Below, in pieces: positions 43,901 through 56,214 of a stretch of 64,000 nucleotides of DNA. The stretch is from Trichoplax adhaerens (taxonomy: Eukaryota > Animalia > Placozoa). Each line of letters starts with the position of its first letter. Position 1 is the stretch's first letter. Both the position numbers and the translations under genes were made by a program. Where the stretch lies: positions 1,945,815 to 2,009,814 of the forward strand of contig NW_002060944.1 of the NCBI RefSeq assembly GCF_000150275.1. Reading direction: 5' to 3'. Under the pieces are notes generated by a model. It had not been told where the DNA came from. It made no database searches and saw only the letters and a program-made list of their open reading frames with translations.

Positions 43901-45193
43901 TTGTCATCTGTACAGTATAATGTAACCATATCAATGTGCAACTGAAAATAATGCAATGACTAATTATGTATTGTAGCCCATCTGTAGGATGATTAACACA
44001 ATTGACCACTTCAGATTAGTAGTTTTAATGTCATAGTTCACAGTGATTAAAAATTAATCAATAATGATACGCTATCTTTTCATGTACTGTACAGTACAGT
44101 AATATTATAATTATCGAACCTCAGTTAAATCCTTGCCATGTATGGAGAGATACTTCTTCAACGCCGATATTAGCTCTTTCCTGTTAATCGTGGCCTTTAG
44201 AGCTAAACATAATTCGCTTCTCCTGCGTTTTTAACGGTGCAATTAATTAAAGTGTCACAAGTCCGTCTGCTGCTACATAACAAAAGTTTTGCATTTCACT
44301 CTATTAAATGTACAGTACAGTAAAGCAGTAAATAGACCTGTCAAAGGTTCGGTTCGAACTGATTGATTATACATTCCATTGAGCCAAACCTTTGAGATGC
44401 CTAACTTTAACCGTAACAGGAAATGATTTTCTTTACAGAATAGCCGTTACAGTGTTGGCTCATTGCACTTTTACTGGCACAGTGCAGTAGAACGGTGCTG
44501 CGTTATTCAAAATTGCTAACTGTCCCTGAGTTTGTTTATTATTGCAGCCTAGCATGATAGCATCTACACAGTCCAAGTATCAGCGGTTATAATTTCACAA
44601 GAGTACAGCAAGTCTTACTTAATTCTACTCTGCAGGCCCAAAACTATGACTATACATGCATTTTTTTTTTGCGCATATACCAGTCGTAATACTGTACCGC
44701 GACGTTGCAAAGTACTCTTTAAAGGACAAGCAACGCTATACCGTGTACTGTACAGTATCAAGCGTCAATATGCATGCTCCTCTAATTATAGTATTTTACC
44801 TAAACGGCATAGTGCCGTTCTATGACAAGATTATAAGTAGAATGATAAGTACTTACTATATATTAATTGTAAATTAACAGCCAAATCCTTTAGTTTCACC
44901 ATTCAAGTTGAGAAGAGTATTTGATCATACGAAAACTGCTTTTAAGTAATGCATGTACTACTATTGTGGAAATGAAATGCTAGTTCTACAAAGGTATAGC
45001 CACTGAACTAGTGTTTTTGCAATTTTTACATTTTTGTAGTGTGGGATTAGATCTTACTTACGCTGCATCAATTATTCTTAAATAATTTCTGGTTAGTAAA
45101 GTTGTACTATTTATGAGTATCTTATTTGCAAAGTCAATATATCGCGGCTCCAGCATTCTTCCACCAGGATAAGCCATGTTTTGCCATTAGGTG

Positions 45194-45229
<36 letters not shown>

Positions 45230-46024
45230 TATAATTAATAAATGTACAGTACAATATCAATAAAAGAAGTAAAAAGGGGGGTTTCTTAAATTGAACGTGC
45301 AGTACGCGAATAGCGTAGACAGCAGCCAGTGGCTACGTCAAACGCTGTTACCGTATACTGACTGTGCTGTAGCAGTAGTGAAAGTACAGTTACATACATG
45401 TAAGTAAACTAGATAAAAGAGTTTTTAAACCATTTACGCAAGGTGTCAGGGCTGTCAACATCAATATGTGGCTGGACCTACAGTACACTGCACACAGTGC
45501 GCAGTACAGTATACTGTACCGTCTGTGCGTACAGTACAGTACAGCCGAGTACCTACTGTAAACTACCCAAATTTCGTGACCTAATAATCAAACCATAAAT
45601 ACAGGCTGTGAATGCACATCTTGCTCAATATGGTTTCCTACATTCTAGCACAAGTTCTGAGGATAAGTCATAGAAAAATTTAAAAACTGATTTCAAATGC
45701 TCAGTGATAACATTAATTAAAGTCGGATTCGAACCGAACCTCTGACAGGTCTAATTAAAGATATCCCATCCCACTCGAGGAATGACGATAACAACATCAG
45801 TTGCTATATTTGTCTGTTTTTTATTTTATTTTATTTTATTTAATTATCTTACTCTATCATACTGTACTCAGTAAACACACATGTGAAATCGAGACCCTGA
45901 TATTACCTCGAATCTCGATCATTGGCCCAATGTGCACGGTTCTCAATGAGAACTTCTGATTACGGTAGTATGCACTTTTAGTGATGGTCCGGCGGATCCG
46001 AATTTTAAATTTACCCTCGACCAT
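37943..46024 (-). CDS. Divergent BRO1-domain (BROX-like) protein, probably with a C-terminal Cys-rich transmembrane region
   Basis: Spliced exons give ALKAT, EILQCYRTAAGIFTYV, IQSIAEAQIITVIRAI, KEWQLYLMYKAEAFKAISRYYQG, LGENLQDIIARTQKKC and VITPIIFILP. These resemble recalled BROX PLKAT, IAAGIF, AEAQEVTIARAI, KWRKYL.LK and EPIPFEFP. Phase-compatible exons continue to the stop at 37943. The start and some N-terminal exons are uncertain. Confidence 0.65.
44333..45753. mobile_element. Non-autonomous TIR DNA transposon (~1.4 kb; hAT-like or TA-targeting) in the putative first intron of the BRO1 gene
   Basis: Left end TAGACCTGTCAAAGGTTCGGTTCGAA; right end reverse-complements to TAGACCTGTCAGAGGTTCGGTTCGAA (25 of 26). 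No transposase ORF and no 8-bp TSD visible. Confidence 0.75.
45197..45228. repeat. (TA)n microsatellite
   Basis: About 16 TA units. Confidence 0.95.
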
Positions 46025-46049
46025 GAACCACCAGAAGAATACTGACAAT

Positions 46050-46690
46050 ACAGTACTGTACTGCAATTGCAGGGACACCAACAAACAAAATTTCACCCAA
46101 AAGCCAAAAAATCGTCACATTGTCTAATACCAGTCCGAAATTGTAGGCGCCCTGTACTGTACAGTACAGTACAGTACAGACTGTGTGTACAGGGTTAGGG
46201 TTAACTAAAAGAAAAAAGCTAGAGTGCATGTTGTACAGTGTACTGTACTGTAGATCTGTAAATTTGACATTTTGCATTTGGATACTTTTGGGTATTCGAT
46301 CGATTTCTCGAGTAATTACTGTACTGTACACTGTACAGTACAGTACACTATCGCTCGATTTCAGTCTACACTAGTGCAAACTCCCGTCGCTTTACTGACG
46401 GTTTACGATAATGTGCTCATTTAACACCGTACAGTACAGTACTGTAAATGCATAAATGATTAGTACTGTACAGTACAGTAAGTACAAGGTACTCATAGTA
46501 AAGAAAAAGAATAAGACCTTATTCTTCTCTAATCAATGTCACTCTACTGTACACTGTACAGTATATCAAAAATCAAATATCCTAAATTCCATGGGCGCAC
46601 CATACTGTACAGTACTGTACTGTACAGTGTACGCGGACCACACAGTACTGTACACTGTACAGTAGATACGGTACCCATTACAGTACAGTA
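46050..46690. promoter_or_regulatory. Pentamer-rich putative bidirectional promoter, BRO1-like/EHBP1-like
   Basis: Arrays fill the ~800 bp between the divergent starts. Another array lies in EHBP1 intron 1 (47175-47410). Confidence 0.5.
46370..46423 (-). mobile_element. Helitron-like 3' terminus, copy B
   Basis: Minus strand reads CCGTCAGTAAAGCGACGG-gagtttgca-CTAG|T; homologous to 682-735. Confidence 0.6.
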
Positions 46691-46822
46691 TTTAGTAAGA
46701 ATTACTTCTTGTTATTCTTTTTTATTATTTTTATTATTATTCACTAGAATTTAAAAGAACTCCAGTAACAATTAAATTGCTACATTACGTTATCGATTCT
46801 TAACGATCACGAAGATTTCGCT

Positions 46823-49800
46823 ATGATCAAGGGTAAAAACAAATTTTGGAACAAATTATCTAAAGCTTACGGTGGCAAAAGAGCTTCGCAATTTAAATGT
46901 ACTATCCATTTCGTGTCCTTATCCGTCGAATGTGGTGAAAAATGGTAAACTAAATTAGCAGTTTATCTAAATACAGTACCGTACAGTATCATTACAACAT
47001 AACTTGTACCTATGCTTCAGTAAATAATAATAATAATAATAATCTAAGACAATTATTATTTCGGTTTCTTAACTTCATGGCTTCGAACTGTCAAAAATAT
47101 TTTTTGCAATAAATGACCTTTCTTTTATGATAAATTGCTGTCAGAGTCTAGCAGTTTCATATACGTATAAACTTGTACAATATACAGTACATCATCTACG
47201 AATTTTACTGAACTGTACAGTATGTCTTACCCTTAGGGTACTGTACAGTACACTGTACAGTACAGTACTCTACAGTGTACACTATACAGTACTATACGTA
47301 CGTTGGTGCTTAAACACTGTATCTTTTAGCATTAACGTCAATAGGATAGTCAAGCGATCGCGTCACTGTTATTACAGTACTGTAGAATGTACACTGCGGT
47401 AGTACAGTAAGAAAGAGACAATCCGCAGGATTATCTGAAGTTAGAACGCATGCAACTAAAGTACAGTTCCGTAACGTGTTTCGCTGCCGATTCGATATAT
47501 GTTATTACGAAATGCTGTACTGTATAATTAATTATAATTAATAATAATAAAGAATTACAATTGATAGCTCAGTTGATAAATTTACTAATCGATGATGAGA
47601 AATAATTATACCAATAATAATTTTGACAACCGAGGACTAGTCTATGAATTAAATTACATACACATATTCAGTATTGAAAACTTACGGTATGATACCCTAA
47701 TAATTCATTTACGAGACATTATTATTGTTCGCGGGGGCCCTGCACTAGTTTAGACATTATTATAATAATAATTATGCTGCTATAATTTAAAAATGTACTA
47801 TTATTAATCGTAATCGTATAATATGCCTGAAAAATTATTAAAATTTATAACTTTTATAGATTGTTTTCCTTGGTATTTGTATTTCGTGCATGGTGTATCT
47901 CTATAAATTGTAGTATATACAGTACCTGTTAAACATTTGCTGTAAAATGCAGAGCTATGACACAGCTATTCTTTAGCTATACCGTACTTTTATTCAGAGC
48001 AGAGTATTTACGGTTATTAATAGTAAACTACTGTAACCTTAAGTTGGTATTATGACAGATTGCAGCATGTCATGGCATTATTACACATCTACGGTGTTAA
48101 GCGATTAGGGAAGCGTGAAAATACACTCCTAAAAGTTATCTTCAATCGCGGATACTCTACACGCTATTTGACTTACACCGAGTACAGTAATTTTACTAAT
48201 AAATCATTTCATTGATCATGACTGATAAATGTAGATTTTATGAAATACGTATTAAACCTTCGTTCATACCTGTCATTTTTAGATAAACGAGAATTCATGC
48301 AGTGTGTTGTTAGTGTGCTGCCACCAAAGCAGATGCGCTTCGACTTGTTTTGTTGTAATCGACAAATAAGTGTGCTGCATTATTGCTGATGGGCTACTTT
48401 CAGTATATAAATATATTTATTATGATCGGCCAGTTTACATAATTTCATATAGAACAATATTGCAATGTTTTTATAAGATGCCATTCCGTATAGTTTTATA
48501 CAAATCTTTATAATAGAAAATACGATTTCGTTATGCCATTGCTAATGCTTAGGGTACTGCATACGCTGATATAATTTGAATATTCAAATTCTTAAATTTT
48601 GTAGAAAATTGTTTAAACTGACCGATTATATTGTTCAAACTAACTCAATTATCGCTAGACTGCCGTACTATCTCTACACATCTACATAAAATTATGGGCT
48701 ACTACAGTAGATGTAATTTAGTAATCAATGATGAAAACTTCTATTACTGATCGGTATCAGTTCAATCATAAAGCGTAATTTCTTATTAACGTTACTGAGA
48801 CTTTTGATAGCTTATATTCGTTCAATACTACATGTAACGTATATGTTACGGGTATATACTCAAGACATATATGTATAGATATTACTACAACAAAAATACA
48901 AACAAATGATACAGTACTAAATCACTTTTTATTTTACTTGTTACTATCAAGTGTACAGTATTACAGTACGTGTATACCATAGATTTCAAATTTAATATTA
49001 CATAACTGCATTGTATACGTCGAGTAATATTTTCAATAAATAGACAGTTTGAAATTTTATTTTGTACCTGAGATGAAATAAAGTCAACATTAATTAACTA
49101 TATTTATTGACCCCTTAAAATGTAAAGGCAGCCAAATAAACTGCGCATCATTTGGATCAGGAAGAAGCGCCGAATCGAAAGTAGGGTAAGAATTCCGTAA
49201 ACAAAAATTCTTAATTGTAAATTGCACATACAGTATATAGTACATGGTTGATTGTTATCTTTGGCTCGTTGCGCTAACTTGTAAGTGGAAGGGCTTTTCG
49301 AAGTATATAGTTTATTAATAATGTACTGTATATATATACGCGTATATATCTTGTACAGTATGAAATACTATCGACAAAGACTGTTTCTTAATTTGCTTAA
49401 ACGATTGTTAATGTAGAATTTTTCTTTCTTTCTTTCCTGATATAATGATAATGGTGTTAAAGAGTCACGCCTGGCAACCTGGTATAAAGAATCCGTATCG
49501 AGGGTCGATAGTTTGGATCCAGCCAGAAACTATACAGATACTATTAACGTTGTACAAGGTAAGGCGTTACATTGCACGATGGACGCAAGTGGTAATCTAG
49601 AAACTTTTCCTCCGAATTCCCGTTGTTTTTCATCTATGGATATCTTACAAGTCGACATCATACTACCATTGTCATGTCTTAATAATTCTAAATATAAGTA
49701 AATTGGTACTGCATCACTGTAAAGTCATAGAATTTGGATTATACTGTATAAGTTTCTCTCAGATCACATCGCGCTTATAGTATTTAACTTTAGCATTTAC

Positions 49801-52800
49801 TGTATTTACCAATAAATCTTCAGATTTCTTGCGAAATATCGTAAGTATTACATTAATTGATATTATGATAACGTAAGTATTTCTATTATATTTATACGAT
49901 CAAATTTTGTCATTTAAATAATAAATTCCGCATTCAAGTATTCTTACATGCAAGATTATGAAGACAAAGAGTGGTCTATTCTTTTAGAAGATGTAAGATT
50001 TATTGGATATTCTTGATAGAGACGAAGTTGCGAATATACGCATCGATTACGTAATCCATGACAATTCAGTTCTGCAAGCATAACAATAAAGCGAATAGTG
50101 CGACTCTTACTTTTATCACTGTATTGAAGGGATTATTAGGTGATAGTTACATTATAGATGTTTACGTCATTGTTGATGCTGCTTATGCTTAATTACTAAC
50201 CTAGGAGTCAACTACCGGTAAAAGAAGGGAAGTTGCTATCATACTGTTAAATATGGCACGACATTGCAATTCCATATCGCTGACTTCCAATCTTACGCTA
50301 AATATGAGGCCCACTACTAAAAAGATTATTGCTGCTCGTTTGGAATTGACTATTACATCTGAATTAATGCGAGAGAGAACGCGCAGGTAAATATATTTAT
50401 TGATTGATAGGGGTTCTGACCCGTCATGAAACTGAGCTCTAGTTATAATTTAACTAGTCAATACTGTTTCATCTGAAAATTCCAGTAATATTCTACCAGC
50501 TTAGGTATTTTTCTACATCTATATAAAAGTATATCTGATATAGGCCGTTCAAGCAGTGTTGCAAGCTTGACTGACTTACAAGCTGAAAATATGCTAGTTG
50601 ATGATGAATATAGTAAATCCGTAGCTCAAGTATCCAAGCGTTCTTCAGATGAATCAAATGTTCAACGCCATGTAGAACTGTAAGTTTTAGCAATTATTTA
50701 AATGCATTATCTAGCAGTGATGCTGGTACGTTCAGTATATCTTTTAGGCCTCTATTTGTAAGCGATACGAACTTGCTCCTTCTACGCCTTTGCTCTAATT
50801 TATTTGTACTTATATTTAAGGACGGATAATTACTCACACAATGATCGTATCAAGTCTCATAGCTCTCCTACGTTAAGATATTCTATATCAGGGGGCGATA
50901 TCACACGTAAGTATGGAATGCAGTATTCAACAATTTATGTAGCAGTAGCAATCATAATTTGCTGCAAGTGACATAAATTAAGCCATAAAATATCTATCTC
51001 GTACAATTAAATAATGTTACTACAGAATAATATTATTTGTATCTTCATATATAGCTATAGTAGAGGAGTCGGAAAGTAGTTCATTATCTCGTAAATCAAG
51101 CGAAATGGTAATAGCGTGGCAGCGATGAAATGCTGCATAACTCTAAGACTTACGAATAATTATTCTGCGTTCGTCAACTTTAATTTATTACAGTTATTAC
51201 CAATAAAAAATTGTATAGTATGGTATGTTGTTAAAATTCCAGGTTAGTGGCTTTTGCGAAACGACTAAGAGAAATCAATCTGATATCTTGAAACAACATA
51301 CTAAAATCGAAGAACTGTGAGTGGATTTTGACGTCTTCGGTATAATTGTTTGCAAATCAGATTTATAATCTGTTATAATGAATGTGTATCGGGTGGTGGA
51401 ATACGCCATCGTCCATATTACAGGAATAGCAATTCCAGCAGTAATGACAGGTTACTGGCCTCTAAAGAATTAGAAAATGATGTTAAGGTTGTAATATATC
51501 GGTTAATGACTTTGACTGTTATGAAATAATTATTTGCTAACGTTAATGCAGAAAATCCCGTGTTAGTCAGTATGCCTTATCTGTCTTGATGACTATAAGG
51601 ACATACATAATAAGGTAATCTGTAGAAGTGATGATAGATGACGATACATAATGACATCAGCCGCCTTTTCCTTACTTATTAAGAATTTGTAGATGTCTGT
51701 GGGTTGACCGACGAAGTTCTATATCTACAGTATATATAAGTAGAGTATTTTCTCGAGTCATCAGTTTTTTCTTCCTTTGCACTAAGACTCTCAGCGTATA
51801 TTAAAATAGCCATTTCGGATTAATAAAGTCTTTAATAAAATTTTGTTATCGCAAAGGTGCTTTGAATGCTTAGTTACTCGTGTATTGTATTTTGAGGCTT
51901 TGATATTACAATCAACTAAGCTTGTTCTTCAATTGCAGCCTTCTCAGAAGCAAGACTTACTTGGTATGTAGCCAATAAAGTGAACTGATGTAACGAAAAC
52001 CAACTTATTTATCCTTTTGCGCTAGATTGGTGTCAGGAATGTACTAAAGACTACGAGAACGTTGAAATAGTTAACATGTCGTCTTCTTGGAAGAATGGGC
52101 TAGCATTTTGTGCTATCATTCACTACTACTACCCAGAATTGATGTATGGTGCTAATTACTAACGATTTTAAGTTAACAATTTTATTATTATACTCGATAT
52201 GAAGTTTTACCATAAGACGTTGTCTTAACTTTAATAACGTAGACCTTATGACACCTTAAGTGATGACAACTGTGAAAGGAACTGCCACATCGTAAGTATA
52301 TCAACTTCGTTATCCTAAAATTTATTTTTAATTACTCAACATGCTAAAAGACTTTTTCTGTAGGCGTTCGATGCAGCCAAAACACTTGGTGTACCAAAAC
52401 TATTAGACTCATCTGATGTTGCCAATGAAGACAGATTAGATAAAATCAAGCTCATGGAGTATCTTTTTCTATTAAAAAGACAATTACGATGTACCATTGA
52501 AGATGAACCGCAGTACCTAGAAACTAAACGAAGGAAATCTAAAGGAGACTGTGAAACTATTTCTTGGCACGGTGAGAGGAATACGCTATATCACTATTTC
52601 AGAAATAATATATCATATTTTCGTTTTTAGATCGCCAGAACAGTTTACCATGTTGCATTCATGAAAAAGGCTGGGCAACAGCTAATTCTATAGGTTATAA
52701 CGAAGTATAAATGTGGCTTTGTTAATTATACACATTTTATAGCTAAGACGGTAACAGCTAAAATAGTCGTTAACTTTTTAGATGATCAAGACGTGAAACG

Positions 52801-54873
52801 ATTACACTATTCTGATACTTTACATCCACTAAAAGAGGATTGTCTGGAAAATTATTCGAAGCGCCGTCATACTATGGATAGCTCCATTCAGGTCTCTTGG
52901 ACGATATAAATCGCGATTTAATATATCGTATCTTGTTCTTCGGCTACAGTTTCTACATAGTATGGTAACACGTACTATATATTTGTTTCGCTAGAGAAAT
53001 CGTCGGTTGCTGCCCATTCTACCTTCTCGACAGGAAACTGTGTCAAAAATCTTTACTAATCAGTTACAGGTAAAGCTACTTTTCTCATTCCTGTGTGATC
53101 AATTTTTGAAACCTATGTAAAGCTTTAACCTAAAATGGCTATAATTTTGAAAAAACTTGCTAAATAGCAGATGGGATTATTTTTGAAAACATTTTACTCA
53201 CACTTTTGAGCACAGATCATAAGTACGCGTATATACGGGTACTAGATAAGACTCACATCGTAGAATAAGGTAATCTACTGGTTTTATTCTTCTTTAACTT
53301 ACTCACAACCTCCACAAGTTCTGATGACAGTAGATAGTACTTGCAACGATACTAAAACAGTAGAAACCATGACGTTTACGAAAAAAGTAAACAGTACTGC
53401 AGTTACAAATCGTAGTATCAATCACCTTTCTGAGTTTGGGTTGTTACGAGTTGTAAGAAACTGTAATATTATATTTTAATAATTATTAATTGATACGGAT
53501 ATCGATGATTAATGTGAACTAATTTAATACATTCGCGTAATTCTATTTTAACTAAATGATGTGTTGAGGATATAATTAATGAATTATAGATCGGTTATAC
53601 AGATAATTTAAATGACGGCCCAATGCATATGTCTTTAATTCTTCGCAGTCAAAATCATACGAATTGAATACATCAGGAACAGCACGTTCGATAGCCAATT
53701 ATTCGCAGAGGAGGAAGCTGGTATTATTTGAAGGCAGTGCATCTATAAAGAGGCCTGAAAGTATAGAAACTAGCAGCTGGAACTTTAACAGTCAGGTTCT
53801 TAAGAAAAGCGAATAATTTATACTTTATGGTAGATGCTCTTAAATCATCATTATTAATTGTTAAGATTTAACCAAAATTTAGGCTGGCGCCAGCGCTGGT
53901 TATCAAAGTGAAATAGATTATGGTGTTAATCACCAAGACTTTATTGTACGTATTATTTTTCGATGTATCTATCGTATGATCGTTATGAGAATGAAAACGA
54001 GTAGAGATAACACTTTAGTCTTCTACAATTAGACTCGTAAGGAAGACATACAGAATAGCCTTCAATTACTCGCAGAGCGAGATGCAGTTACATTTGCAGA
54101 TATAAATAAAATAGAAAAAGAACTGAGAATTGCTATTAATAGTTCACGTAAGTTCAGTCTTCTACGTTGCGAATGTATTGTAAGTATGATTAAAGTTTCA
54201 AGATTTTATCCGCTACTCTTAATTAACCATATAACGCAGATGATCCAAGCAGAAATAAGCAGTTATTAAGACAGAAAATCGCCTTATTACGGCAAAGAAA
54301 CGAAATAACTAGGGAACAGAATGAACTAAGTTTGCGGTGAGTTAAGGTCCGTAGTCAGCAATCGGTCGTTACACACTCCAATAACAATGGCGTTAATATT
54401 TTCTATTCAGGTCTAAAGAAAATGATCTCGAATATGAATCGAGCCTTATAGATCGTGAGCTATACGATTTATCTTTAATTTCTGGTATGCAGCTTTCTCG
54501 GTTTTGTTTTTCAATATTACTGTGCTATACGCGCATGTCCAATGTCATTCGTGCTGCTCCTTTTGCATAGATTTTAATAAGTCTGATAAACAAACACAAC
54601 GAATACAACATTTGGCTAAGGAAAAGTTTAAGCTTGTAAATGAGAGAGATAGAATTGTAACACAAATGGAGAAATATCGGCGTAGGTAAGTAATATAGCA
54701 TTTCTGTTATGAGTGAGTACTAAAGAGTTATTTTAACCTATTAAACGTTAAAAATTTTACTTTTACCGACTTATTATTATAGAGCTGAAGCAGAAGACAA
54801 TGAACTTGAGCAAGCAACCAAGAATTTAGAAATTTTTGATGAAGAAGACGATGACCTATGTTGTGTTCAGTGA
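46823..54873 (+). CDS. EHBP1: EH-domain-binding protein 1-like (NT-C2, calponin homology, bMERB coiled coil, CaaX)
   Basis: Exon 1 46823-46944 (FWNKL..KRASQF..VECGEKW), then WQPNKL, HAWQPGIKNPYRG, YEDKEW; CH domain LLDWCQ..SSSWKNGLAFCAIIH..AFDAAKTLG; C-terminal LVNERD; ends CCVQ*. Confidence 0.9.
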
Positions 54874-56214
54874 TCGACTACATAGTATTGAAATAGAAGC
54901 TGAAATTTAACCTTGCTTTGAATAAGATTATAATGCTAAGTCTTGGAGAGAATACCTCAAGAAATATATTTTCGACGGTAGTCAAAATCAATGTATATCG
55001 TTTAATCAGGTGCCGATATTCTTGTTACTGTATCGAAAGGTTGTGGCCTAATAACATTATTAGTAAATCGTATAGTAATCAAGTATGATACAACGGAAAA
55101 ATATTGGATATCTGTTAATGCTTTAGCGGCGTCCTCATTGAAGCTGCTAGTTACTGTCAATTTTTAGACGCTCTTAAGCGGAAATAAAAATAGTGACGAA
55201 CTGTTTTAATATATTAAATATTGAGTATACAGCAGTATTCTTACTGATTTATTTTCTCTTACTACATAATAAATCATTGTTCCGTGTACTAATTACGAAT
55301 GTATTAACTTTGATCAGATATACTTATGTACAGCACTACAGCATAAAATTAATTTAATTGTTTCAAGTTCAGCATTAAGCCTACGTTGTTAGATTATAAA
55401 ATGATTCCTGTATTCAAAAGCCGTTTACTTGCCCATCCGGCTTACGTTAAACCTCTGTGCTGCAGTACTATACACTGATTGAGTAACAAGATACTTACAC
55501 TACTGCATGGCTACAATAAATGAGCACAGAGTGCATAAATATTACTTGCTATAATTTCGGAAGACGACACTGATGATGTTATTACTTGATAGCTACTTTA
55601 TTTCGTTTGTGGTAAAAAATAATATTTAGATCGATATGATATAATTTGATATTGAAATGAGTTATCGTATACAATTACATCATAAACTTTAATATCTTCT
55701 CATACTGTACATTGACACGAAACTAATCACAAATATTAAAGGAGTTCATGTACTTATCGTATCACATTATTATCCATTGTATGTTAGTAAATTTTAGAAC
55801 AGAAATGTCGTAGATCCTTAAATACATATTCAGTTTTATTAAATAAAAGCACTTAGCTTTATCTCAAGAGTAAATCATATCGTGCCAAGTTGTCTTATTA
55901 ATTTACTAATTAGTACCATTAATCAATTCTTAGGAATCCACTGCTTTACGCCACTTCAGAAGTTCCAACAGTACAAGCCACAGAATGTATCGTACGAAAA
56001 TACTCATTGCGCAAGTGTTTGGCATACTATGTAGAGCCAGCAATAGACTGCTGATTCTAGCCAAATTTCTTAGAAAATACACAAGATATTTTGCCGCGAA
56101 TAACTTTCATACCACTCTGTAGTAATTTTACTGTGCGATTATCTCTTCGAGATTATTTCATACGTACACTCATGATAAAGTACTAAAATATTTTCACTAT
56201 ATAACTAACATGGA

